A DNA stretch of 64,000 bases, taken from Raillietiella orientalis. Its lineage: Eukaryota. Below are positions 47,900 through 59,972 of the stretch, one piece after another; the stretch's first letter is position 1, and each line of letters begins with the position of its first letter. Position numbers and translations under genes: made by a program. Under the pieces are notes generated by a model. That model had not been told where the DNA came from, ran no database searches, and was given only the letters and a program-made list of their open reading frames with translations. The stretch is taken from the NCBI GenBank assembly GCA_036172245.1, contig JAYWIR010000101.1, forward strand, positions 62,001-126,000, in the 5' to 3' direction.

Positions 47900-48790
47900 T
47901 CCACTCTCCCTTGTCGGCATGAACGCATGCCATTACAGCTCTGCACCATCGAGCCGGTGAGCAACCGGGGAAGAAAGAAGGGAAGCTTATCTGAAACGCA
48001 CCTCGAGACATGAAATGAAGATGCTCGCCTCCCATCTTCTGGAATGGGAAGGGATCGATAAGTTTGTGGAACCTGAGAATTCCTGTGACTTGGATCTCCA
48101 GGTGAAAACTGTGGGACGGAAGGCAACACTCATGAAGAATTCGTGGAAGCCGGAGTAGAAATTTCTTTTTGGCTCTGTCAGATGATCGGGGTCAAAAAGG
48201 GGGAAACGACTTGAGGGAGATTCCACACGTATTCCACGCAGATCACTTCCGTCCCTTCCTTAAAGAAAAAAAAAGGATGTGGCAAATCCCATTAAATGCT
48301 TTTATACAAAACTTTGCATACTTTGTTTCAAAAAAATAGAAATCAGGTTTCTTTCTGATGAAGAGGTCCATGAAAGTGCTCCCAGAGGCAAAAAGGGATG
48401 TTATAGTACACGAAAGAAAGGGTAAGCCTCGATCGTTCCTAGAATCACCTAGACCGGACCCATAATTCAATATATCATTATTTGTTCCTAGGTTCGTCCA
48501 AGCGAGCAAAGTGCCGATTTATCTAAATTCATTACTAAAGTTCAAGTAGACTCCCCATTTGGTAATAAGGTACCACTTGATCAAGGAAGATCTCGCGAGA
48601 TCAGGAAGAATTTGAAAGATATGCAACAACGTCGATCTCCTGCGTTTATTTCAATTTCCAAGCTGTTGTTTGATCTTCCTAAACAGAAGTTTCACGGAAC
48701 TGGAAGAGTAGTACTTGTACAAAAGAGCCATTCAGCTGTGAGTCGCTGGCATCTCCGATTTGTGAGAGTGCTCAAAACAAGGCAGCCGCC
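47900..48790 (-). pseudogene. Putative endogenous viral element: decayed L polymerase fragment (after motif C into block IV)
   Basis: Ordered fragments SREIFLD, LPFLSCTITSLFASG and KMGG..HFMSRG/VSDKL recall L motif E, the P..STIFSAG segment and LGG...F..RG..D.L. Confidence 0.35.
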
Positions 48791-49559
48791 CGGAAGGCAA
48801 CCCAATTGCTAAACGGGACTTTCATTTGCAGCAGTAGAATGCAGGCTGTTAAATGCAACGGATGCTGAATCAATTCCTGAGGAGGATGGAGGTCCTAAGG
48901 CCACTGGAGAACTTTCAGGTGTTCCAGAGGATGCATCGGACCTCTTCTTGAAAAACTGACGCCGATGCAGTGGAATGTTCCTTTCGAAGGCTTTGTCTGG
49001 CGGCACTGCAGCTGTCTGTTGAAGACACGTCCTGCTTTCGCGTGCCCGACGGGTGCACGACCGCTCCGCTTCGAAAACTCCGGTTGTTCCCGTCGTCGCC
49101 GTGTGCTCCCCACCCACCAACGTCCTCCGGGAAGAATCTTCTCTCCGCCCCGCTCGGGTCGGCGACCACGGCGCGGGACGTGCGCAGCGGCCGTGCGGTG
49201 AAAGTGCGTCCCCTGCAGGAGTGTCGCCGCAGTCCCATCGATTCCCTGCAGACGTGCACCACCACCACACCCCGATTTGCTCCCCTGGCCCAGCCGTGGG
49301 GGAGAGCCCTACGAGCGACCCACCAAGTGAGCAGCGGGGATTACACGTGAACATTTTCATGCATCTGGCCATGGGGGAAGTGGGCCCTGATCGAAGCCAC
49401 GGCTCGGGACGCGACTGATGCAGCAATGCTGGGTATTCGCTGGTAGGGGCTGAGAACGGATGAAAATGGAGTTCCATTATCTTGAATTCATAAGATGATG
49501 AGCATTGTGTGCTTGACTGAGATTGCAGGATGAATTCGGGAAGCGCCGATGTGATGCAT

Positions 49560-50275
49560 GATAAACAACTTTGATAAAGCTGCACATGTTAAATAGGAAA
49601 TGGTGTTGAGTTTAGCATCTGGTGAAGACGCAGTCCATTGCTGATATCCTTTTTTTAGTTCTTCGTAAGCCATGAATTGTAAAGCTCCATGAGATATGCC
49701 AAACAGCCCAGGCACCAGTCCTTTGTATAAACCAATGATTCCTTCCCATTTTACAATTTGATGGAAAGCATCCACCATCCCTCGGTTTGTTGCTTCCTTT
49801 AGTTTACCCTCGTACTGTAAACACAGTCGTGTCTTCACCACCCAAATTGGATTTGTGAATAACAATGTGGACAACCTGACACACTTGCAGCTAAAAGATG
49901 CTCTATGGGATTCATCTGAACTTGACACATATGTTCTTTGTAACTGCTCTTGATAGCATTATAAAAGAAAAAATATAAACCCCACGATGCCCCAGCTCCC
50001 ACAATATTTGGCACAGCACCTTTGTATAGACCAGAAACTCCTTCTGCTTGATATATGCAACGGAATGCATGACACAAGCCTTTATAGTGAGGGCGATCAA
50101 TGCAGTTTCCCTCATCAGCAGCAAACCTGATTTTTACGAGATCTAAAGGATGTACTAAAAGTGTTGACAGAACGCCACCACTTATTCCAGCTACTAGATG
50201 TGCAGGCTGGATGAAAGTTAGGTATTTTGACCAGTCATTATGTGCCATCTGCTTTGACAACCTCTGCTCCATCAT
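49560..50275 (-). pseudogene. SLC25A32: Mitochondrial folate/FAD carrier SLC25A32-like, frameshifted and 3'-truncated
   Basis: HLVAGISGGVLSTLLVHPLDLVKIRF, GASWGLYFFFYN, TNPIWVVKTRLCLQY, GISHGALQFMAYEELK. One base is missing near 49875. Homology stops at LSKLF, before the third carrier signature. The CDS is intronless. Confidence 0.85.
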
Positions 50276-50465
50276 TTGCTTTTAAAAGTTTTTTGTATTC
50301 ATTGATTACATTCTGTTGCATTCGTAGTCTGAAAATAAACTTAATGAATACAGACGTGAACACTGTTAATTACCTTTCTAGGTTTTGCTCTCTGTGCACA
50401 TAATAAATAAGAAAACAGGACCCCAAAATTGAAAAGGCAAGTATCGTTCTGGCAAGATATACCAT
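50238..50465 (-). CDS. PET117: PET117-like cytochrome c oxidase assembly microprotein (60 aa, two exons)
   Basis: Exons 50465-50374 and 50328-50238 flank a 45-nt GT-AG intron and give MVYLARTILAFSILGSCFLIYYVHREQNLERLRMQQNVINEYKKLLKANDGAEVVKADGT*. An N-terminal hydrophobic helix followed by VH..Q..ER.RM...V is the PET117 pattern. Confidence 0.72.
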
Positions 50466-53344
50466 AATGTGGCATTTATTAACTTTTCAAGTATTATTAT
50501 CTGTTATCGTGCATAGGTTACTTGAAATTAATAATTGAAGGCAAAAAAATAAATTTATTAATATTTATGATTGGCAAAACAAGCTACACAAAAAAAAAAA
50601 AAACTTAAAGGAAAAATTTAATGCTGGGCATGATTTAAGATTAACTTCTACATCAGGAATGACAGAACAGCAGTTGGAGAGTTTCCACAAAATTTTACCA
50701 ATCTCGATCACAACACTCCGCATTTGGCACCTCACCGCCAGACCATACGCACGTGGCTCGCAATCGTGCAAAAATTGCACAGCGATGCCGCATACGTTTT
50801 TTGGAAAAGTTGGAAATTTGCATTTATATAAAACGAAACCTAACCGTGTGACATTCGTGCCCTTTCAAAAGAGCAAAATATTGTATCGAGATTGCCTTTG
50901 ATGTTTTATACATATTCGTAAGAACACGGATTTGTAAGAACACATATTTATTCAAAATAAACTGGTGTTCAGTTATCCTCAGGAAATAAGTACCTATCTT
51001 GAAGCCTGGCAGCATCATGCTTAAACCTATTTATTTCTTGATTTCAGCAACAAATAAGAATACATTTATAAAAAGAACTGAAATGGGATCGACTGTGCAA
51101 ACGCAATTTGCGTGTGCACATCATCTTATACAGCTATACCTCTATAACTTGAGCCCAAGGAACCTAGAAAAGATTCAACAAAATCGAATCGGAATTATTA
51201 GTTTAGAGAACAAGTAGCTATATTTGTATTTTGAGCTAATGAAGATAGCTTCTAGCAATTCTTGTAATCGTTTCTCTATAATGGTTGGGAAACTATTTTC
51301 CAGAATTTCAGGATAGCAAGCTAATACTTTTCAACTTTTTTTATTCAACCTCCTCTTTTTCGACAGCTGTGGAGTTTTATACCCTTTTAACATTCCCTTG
51401 TGTCTTAGAAACAAATGTATGCTATAACGATCTGTATAAGTGCACCTTACTTTATTACTTAAAAGCTCTCAGGATCTTTACACAAGAGACTTTCTCGAAC
51501 AGGACTTCTATGTGATTAAACATATGTATATATTGGGAGTTCTGTTGAAAAGGCGTATTTGTATAGCAAGCTGTTTTCAAATGATGAGAAGATCGAATGC
51601 CAGAACATAGCCATGAACATGCCAGGAAGAAATAGTTCAATTACTGTTTCGAAAAAGAGTTCTTTAGATTAGCAAATACTTTACATTGTCGTTAGCAAAT
51701 TTGCTAAACATTATCTGATTGTTCCGTGTGAGTTATTTCATCAAGGAAGGTTTTGATCACCTAATCCGATGATCGCTTTTATGAAAAATTTAAACAATAA
51801 AACAAGCTGCAGTGAGGTTTTGGGAGACTCAGTAGTAGATTTTATGGGAATACGCATCGTACGAGATCACCTATTTCGGACTCTACAACCATTATAGCGT
51901 CGTAAAAGTCTACTAGGACTTCAGGTGTTCGTTTTTAATTAATTAAAGTCAATTCTGAAAGTCAAAAAATTTTAGCTGCTCGAGTGACAGCTGTTTACCT
52001 AACTTTTCTAATATGTTTAACAGTGAAAGTTCCTCAGAGAGTGAGATAAATAGTGAGCACCTTGACTGTCCTTAAAAGAGTATTTAGTAATATGGAACGT
52101 CATTGATTACACCAATAAAGGTAACTTCTATCCTTTACAGGATAATCTTTCTTCTCATAAGTTCGAATTTCAATCCTGATAAGAACGAAGCAGGCATCTC
52201 TTGCTGACATGATTCCAAAATGAGTTGCAATGAGTTGAAAACCACTCGTTGCAACCCCTTTTGGAATTTTATTTCAATGCTGTTTTAACAGATTACAATT
52301 TAGGGTTATTGCAATTATTTGAATTATCATATCCTGACAGCAATGTTTAAACCTCCTATCTGATATCAGAGATTATTTTTTTGTCGATCGGCTTGTATTT
52401 TGTTGGTATTAAAATATTAAGTCATTCTCGAAAAGAACTTTATTATGAGTCAGTCAAACAAATCCAGTTGTTTATAGACTTACACGTGTGTGTCTATAGC
52501 ACTCTGTTTAAACTATCTCATTTGAGCGTTTCTATCTCCATGGAGAATACACATCTCGATGCCAAACTGAAAAATGTTGGCTGCTTAAAGTCAAAACTTA
52601 CTTTGAGTACAGTTACACGTTCTATCGATTCTAGCAGCGTTTAGTATTCAAGAGATTTTCCAGCGCAGTTTTCAAAACATCCAAACAACAGCTTCTTTGT
52701 TATACCCCAATAAGTAAAAGGAAAATGCTTAAGCTTGTAATTACAGCCGAGCGATATGTGTTTCCAGTAATGTTGGTTCTTAATCACATTTACACAGTCG
52801 TAAGTCTATTATCATTCGAAAATAAAATTATCAAAAGCCAAAATAAGCACGCAAGATAAAAACTTTTTGAAAAACAAGAATTAAAGATGCTAAGCTGTAT
52901 GCGGCTTTGCGAGCAAAGGAAATCGTCGTCAACTGGAAATAGGGAGGACGACGTCCGCTTGTAATCCGTAGCCTGAGTGCCACAGATTTTGACCTCGTGC
53001 ACACGGCTGCAGGGAGAAGATTCCTAAAAATTAACCAAGGCAGGGAGGGTGCTGAAGTGTGCTGGTGTCATTCAGGACCCTGAACAGCGTTTGAATACGA
53101 GGATCACACACTGTGGCAATTATCGGTCGGTCACTCTGTCTCTTGCACTTGGCACACACCGCGGCCGATTTGACGGCCGCGACGGGAAGGGTTAAGTGAC
53201 GGCAGAAGCGTGATGACCTCCCGTCTCGGTGGTCATCCCTTGCTGCATCCCTTTCGTGCAGCACAGTAGTCTTGTGTCAGATGTGGCCTGAGATTCCGTT
53301 TTCACGTTAACTTTGGGTGGTATCTGCAAATTCAGCATCCCAAG

Positions 53345-56300
53345 ATGGAAAGTGTCGAAGAAAAACTAAAGCGTTATGAGAAGATTTCTTTTCTCGGTGA
53401 AGGACAGGTCAGACTGCAAAAAAAAATTGCTTTGTGAAATTTTTGAAACTTGGGAATTTTGGTTTTTTGCCTTTTTTTTCTTTTTTCAAAAAAAAAAGAG
53501 CTGTCTGTATTGTTGTGACTTAAGTTTTGCACCTTGTCCACAACATTTCGCCTTTCTGACTGTTGACATCCTAAAGTTTCTGCATGCATAACGTGAAGCA
53601 TGACCACTGGTTGACCGAATCCTAACGTGTTATTTGAAGTGTGTCACTAAAGACATCTTTTTGATGACAGTTCTCGTAAATTTCGAGTTACGGTATACAG
53701 CGCTGCCAATCCTTACTGTTACATCAGGTTAAAGAAAATCGGTGAAGTATGCTTAAAACGAATTGCTTCAAAAATCTTGTGTTGTGAAATCACAAGAATT
53801 TTGCGGTGATGATTACTGTGACCAACAGGATTATTTTTTTTGCATGTTTTTGGAGTCTCTATTCCCTGATGTGATTCATGAAGCTAATGTGTTCATTTTT
53901 CTTGTTCTCCATAGTTTGCAACAGTTTACAAGGCCAGAGATGCAACTAATGGAGATATAGTAGCTGTAAAAAAGGTATTATCCCTGCAAAAATTAAGCAT
54001 AAATAATATCATAATCTCTTTATAGATTAAAGTTGGTAGCAGAGATGAAGTGAAAGATGGCATCAATCGAACTGCACTTCGGGAAATCAAATTATTACAG
54101 GAGCTTCATCATCCTAATATAATAGGCCTTTTAGGTAATACTGAATGTAATGGTCTATAAGGAATCATGGTTCATGTTTTATTTACTTTGCTGTAAGAAT
54201 TTTTTGGTTTAGAATCCATTATGTGTAAAAAATATGTATTAATGTTTTTGTGTTTTCTTTACAACCCACACTTTCTGAGAGTTATCAGTATATGATTGCA
54301 CCCATGTTTTTCAGAACCAAGTACTCACCATGCCAATATTTTTTGCCGACACATTTCAAAAAAAAAATAATTAGATAACCTACAGGTCTCATGAGGGTTT
54401 GTTCTCTACTTTCTTGGAAATAATGTTTTGCCTACACTCTTTAGTTTGCTTCCTTAAAGTTGAATTCGTCAATTAGCATTCATGCATTTATTGTTCATAT
54501 GTTTTTTATTCATATGACAACTGGCCAACAACTGGAGTGTTTTTTTTGTGCTGAATTGTTTTTAAGCATTAACAAGTATATTCATGTTTTCTTTCCCTAG
54601 TGATGTAAATAGTTTGTAAAGTGCTCTGATGAGCTGCTAAAACAAAATCAAACCAAAATAAGCTTAGGGTGGCTACACCTCCATTGATATTTCACCTTTG
54701 ATATAAAAACTATGCATGGACATAGGCTATTACATTTTGAGCAGCTTGGAGATTTGTATTGGAATCAGAGATGCCTTTGAAGTACTGCAGTATTTTGGAG
54801 TTAGAAGTTTATTTGACATTAGTTGTTATTTTTTTATTTTTTTAAAGGTCTTTTGCAAGTTTCATTTGTTTGCAAGCAATAACAATTGCTAAAAGCTTTT
54901 AAAAATGCACATTTATTTTAATTTGTATAGAGAAGCTGATTTTCCTTCATAACATGCAGAATAGAAGTTTATTCTGACATACAATAAACGAATATTGAAA
55001 CTTGAATTCTTTGAGTTTCTTTTGTCATAATTTGTATTTGCTTATCAAAAAATTCATAATTGCTTATTTTTTCTGTATCTCAGGGTGTTTTTTCCAAATG
55101 TGGTTTTCTTTTTATGTCTGCCAGTTGAATTTCTTTTTTCGTTTCAGCACTAGAATGTTTAACTTTTTTTCCTGTATTGCTCTGAATATCTAATCTAGTG
55201 AGCTTAACTAGATATGCTGAACAAACATTTTGCAAATTCTTGATAATTGTGGTTCATATTAGAACAATATCTGGTATGATACAGTGCTGAAAATTAAGCA
55301 TTACAATTTAGGTAAACCAATACCAAAGATGCAGAGTAGGAAGATTCTATTGATCTTCATGTGCCAGCATAGTAGAAACGTTTTCTAGATTTTATGTCTT
55401 GCACCTAATCATATTGGTAATTTTGGGTCAATAGGTTTCCATGTAATCAGGTTTATTTGATCAGAATGTAGTAAAACAAGTTTTGATTTTAGAAGTGGAT
55501 GATTCATTTTAATTAATATATCAGCTCTCAATCTTGCAAATTATAAAGATGTATTACTGGGCAGTGTGATGAATTGAATCAATTCATCAAACTTTCAGGA
55601 TGGAGTTTATTTAAATTCAGCAGGTGATTCATTTATTATTGCACACTGCAATGTGGAGCAATTGTTGCCTGCAATTTGTTTGAAATGCCTATTGTACGAA
55701 AAAATTGTGCCTCGGATGGTTGATGAAATTGCTATTTTAAATTCAGAATGGTGATCCAAGAACTTATTCTAACGTTTTTTTTATGTCATGTTGAAATAAA
55801 AAAAACTATCAAAGTGTGACTTTTGGCCAAGTTTTAAGCCTTGAACCCCTTAAGATTTTAAATGTCACTTTCTCTGTGGTCTTACAACTTCTTTACGTTT
55901 TCTTCTTTCTTTAAAAAAAATCTCTGTTAGTGAGAAAATTGAGAATGTTCTAAGCCATCTTTGCTCCTCTGTCATTAAGCAGTAGAGGAGTTCTCTGCTT
56001 CACAGAGAATGAAATGAAATTTTTATTGAATAAACTAAGAAAATTGTAGTTACAGCATAAAGTTGGTTATTTTTGATATGAAAGTATAAGTTTTAGATAT
56101 GATACCAAGTCAGCTCGTTCCGCAAGTAATTCTAAATGTGTTGAAAATATCTCTTTAGTTTTGAAACACGATATACAGAGCATGTTAATTTTGTAACCTA
56201 AATACACAGCAAACCTTGTTGCGATTTTGTAATGTCATATACTACCTCTATTCGCTACCACTGTTGTAATTAGAAGAGTACAAATTATTGTGACTGGTTC

Positions 56301-57376
56301 TGTGACACAATTAAAAATGTGCATTTTTAGATGTCTTTGGTTACAAATCCAATATATCCCTGGTGTTTGACTTTATGGATACAGATCTTGAAGTAATAGT
56401 GAAAGATACAAGCATCATCCTGACACCGGCCCACATAAAATCATATATAATGATGACTTTCAAAGGTTTGGAATATTTACATATGAACTGGATATTGCAT
56501 AGAGTGGGTAAATGCTTTAGAGATATAGTTTATGTAGAATTCGTTTCATAGGATTTGAAACCCAACAACTTACTGATTGATTCCAAAGGAGTACTGAAAA
56601 TCGGGGATTTCGGTTTGGCTAAGTTCTATGGATCACCATATCGTATTTACACTCATATTGTGGTAACTAGATGGTACAGGTATGTTGGACATAGCATTTA
56701 TTTCTGCACTAAAGGTCTTTCTGAAAAGAGCACCAGAATTGCTGTTTGGTGCTCGCATTTATGGAACTGGCATAGATATTTGGGCAGTTGGATGTATTTT
56801 GGCAGAACTATTACTTCGAGTGCCATTTATACCGGGTGATTCAGATTTGGACCAGTTGACCAGAATTTTCCAAGTTTTGGGCACTCCAACAGAGGAGGAC
56901 TGGCCTGTAATAAGCAAACCGCATCCTTACGAAACGTGTTTTATGTTATGTTCCCGTAGGGTTTATCAAGCCTTCCAGATTATATTCAGTTCAAGGCATT
57001 CACGGCAACCCCATTAAAAAATATATTTACTGCTGCTCCCGATGATCTCCTGGACTTGTTGAGTAATATTCTTACTTTAAATCCACTGAAGCGAGCTTCC
57101 AGTTCAGATGCATTGCAAATGCCCTATTTTAGGTAAGAATAATGCTTCTGAGAAATCTAAATTGCTGCTTCATTTAGTAATAAACCACTGCTGACACCCT
57201 GTCACCTGCTTCCTAGGCCTGCCTGTGTTAAGAATGAAAATAATGGAGAATACATTAAAAAATGTATGAAACGAAAACACAATGACACTGGTATTAAGTC
57301 AGGCTGATAAGTTTATGGGGTTACGTAAATCATTTCAGATAAGAGAGATGTCATCAAGAAATTGGTTTTGTGTTGA
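53345..57376 (+). CDS. CDK7: Cyclin-dependent kinase 7 (CAK/TFIIH kinase), 9 exons
   Basis: Exons 53345-53407, 53915-53974, 54026-54134, 56331-56503, 56552-56679, 56729-56906, 56960-57132, 57178-57290 and 57339-57376, all GT-AG and in frame. FLGEGQFATVYKA, diagnostic [36 protein letters not shown]. Confidence 0.95.
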
Positions 57377-58965
57377 TGTTTACACCAGAAAGCATGCACA
57401 TGCTAGTCAGCAATTGATTTCCAACATTGAAGGAATTTTGCTCGTGTGGATAAACTTCAGTGTTTTTTCAATATGGTACTTGTGCAATTTTCTAAAACGG
57501 ATAGGTGCTCGAGTAATCGAAATTGTACAAATTTATATGCAGATTTGCTAGCAGTTCAGGCCAGGGATTTAATGCAAATTTAGCATCAGAAAAGAGATTG
57601 GTGTTGACTTTGTGCACACTTAATTCCAAGATTGTGCAGTATGGAAGATTCCGTCAAAATAAAATTCCTATCATTGGATTGGCATTGTCAGGGATTGTGT
57701 AATGGTGATTGTGGCAGTGTTTTAGCGCATAGATAGTTATACTTTTGTTCAGTTAATTACAAGTTGAAATTATTGGATTTTAAAAAATGATGATTTTAAA
57801 AATCTTCAACCAGAAATAAACATATACCACACACAGAAGTTCTGAGCATTTATTACATTATGCCCAATGCATGCGTGGTTCATTAACCATTCAAGCTTTG
57901 GGGTTTTACCTAGATTTTCTTGTTTATTCTGAAAACGAAAATCAAATCCTGGAATTGAAAATTCAAACAGAACGGTTCTTATTGTTTATTGAGGTGCTTG
58001 GGTGGAGTAAATGATTTTTAATTTTCAGAACCCCACGGCAGTTTCGTGCTCTCTACGATACCTACGGAAAAGACGGCCTTTATGTTTGCTGATTGTCGTT
58101 TAACATTGTACCAACACTTTCCGGTCACAAAAGTGTGAAGACAACTTATGCTAGCATTGCAGTAAAAAGTTGACAGTGTAGTTATGGAGGGGTCTTAAGC
58201 AATAGAAATCAAGTCTAGACGTGGCCTTAGATGGAAATATTCCTAAAGATAATCTTATGTTTATTCGAAATTCCTTATTTTTGTTCCAAAAGAAAATTTT
58301 GCATATATTCGATATGTTTTAGTTTTTAATGTTTTATGTATATAAAGCATACGCATTACTTAGACGTCTAGCATTCTTGTGAGTCATAGGTAAGCACGTG
58401 AAACTATATTTCACCAACAGAATGATTTTTTTGCGGTTCTGGATAGTAGCCTTTACTTTAAAGTTCTGAGTTTAAGAAGAAGAATCAGCGAAAAGTACCA
58501 AACTTAATATGGGATTTTGGGTATTAAACGAAAGTCAATATGAGATTTTACAAAAAATTGTACGGTTTAAATGCGACGGAGGTAAATAATACTCCATATC
58601 GATTAAATACAAAACTAAAGGACAAGCAAGCTATCTTCTGGTAGAGATTGAGCTCTTCATATTCCTAAAGTTCTCTTTTTTGTTCATATTTGTGTCTTGC
58701 AAAAATTGATGGAATCTATGAAGCAGATTATTCATTACAGAGGAATTCCATGAATGGCAGAAAATGGTATCGTTTTTTAGATCATTACTTAGACGAAACG
58801 CAATTAAATCAATCATGTTTCCAAATTGTCTTCATAACCGTAATCTTTACTAGAAGTTCAGACTATCGGAGATCATGTACTTGGGTATTGTAAACCTTAA
58901 TTTGCTAATGAAGTATTTGGTTGTGGGAGCTCCGATTTCCTCGCTGCCAGTGTGCCGCATCGAGC

Positions 58966-59972
58966 ATGTCACTGAAGGTACGGTATGGGGTAGTGGTATA
59001 AAATGCATTTTTTCAATTTTTGTGTAAATGATTATGATATCGAATCAAACCATCTAATTCTGATTAAGCATGTTCAAGAGATTTGTATTGTGTGAACTAA
59101 GCAGTGTTTTTGTAAGTAGGGGTTGGTCAGCCTGGTGACTGGTGGAGCATCAGGACTAGGGAAAGCTACAGCAGAACGTCTGGTAGCACAAGGAGGAAAA
59201 GTGGTAATTTGCGATTTGCCAACCTCAAAAGGAGCTGAAGTTGCCGAAAGCCTGCAACCTTCGTGCGCTGTCTTTGTACCTACTGATGTATGCTGTTTTT
59301 TCTAAATGCACTTGCTTGACTGTTTTGTTCAGGTCCAGATAGAAGCGGATGTGAAAAATGCACTTAGTATCACCAAGGAAAAGTTTGGTCAGCTGAACAA
59401 CGTTGTAAATTGTGCTGGTATTTCAGTTGGATTTAGAATATACAACTTCAAATTTGGTGCTCCTCATTCACTTGACGAATTCATGAAAGTTTTGAGTGTT
59501 AATGCTGGTGGAACATTCAATGTTATACGTTTGGCAGTTGGACTTATGGAAAAAAATCCCCCCGATTCTAATAAACAGAGGGGGGTCATCGTGAACACTT
59601 CCAGTATTTTTGCATTTGAAGGACAATTGGGCCAGTGTGCTTATGCTGCAAGCAAAGGAGCTGTTGCTGCCCTTACTTTACCTTTAGCTAGGGACTTAGC
59701 TTCTATAGGTATTCGTGTAATGGCTATTGCACCCGGTAGGATTAAGTGATTCAAAATTAGTATCTCATTCTTTTGTGACAGGTTATTTTGATACTCCACT
59801 TCTCCATCCTCTTCCTGAAAAGGTTCGTGCTATCCTAGCGTCACTTGTGCCATTCCCAACCAGGTTTGGAAATCCTGAGGAGTTTGCTCTGCTTGTTCAG
59901 AGCATCATAGAAAATCCCATGTTGAATGGTGAAATCATCAGACTTGATGGTGGTTTAAGAATACAAGCATAG
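58966..59972 (+). CDS. HSD17B10: 3-hydroxyacyl-CoA dehydrogenase type 2 (SDR; scully/MRPP2), 4 exons
   Basis: Exons 58966-58977, 59120-59287, 59333-59735 and 59782-59972. [47 protein letters not shown]. Confidence 0.93.

Noticed and set aside
48809..49585. 258-aa ORF as continuation of the carrier
   Set aside because: No carrier signature or other recognisable motif; it crosses the compositional boundary.
49560..50275. SLC25A32 as a processed retrocopy
   Set aside because: The contiguous upstream sequence retains a GT-AG intron, and there is no poly(A) or TSD.
53180..53200. Telomerase RNA template (TAACCCT on the minus strand)
   Set aside because: Barely more than one repeat unit, and no identifiable pseudoknot, P6.1 or H box.
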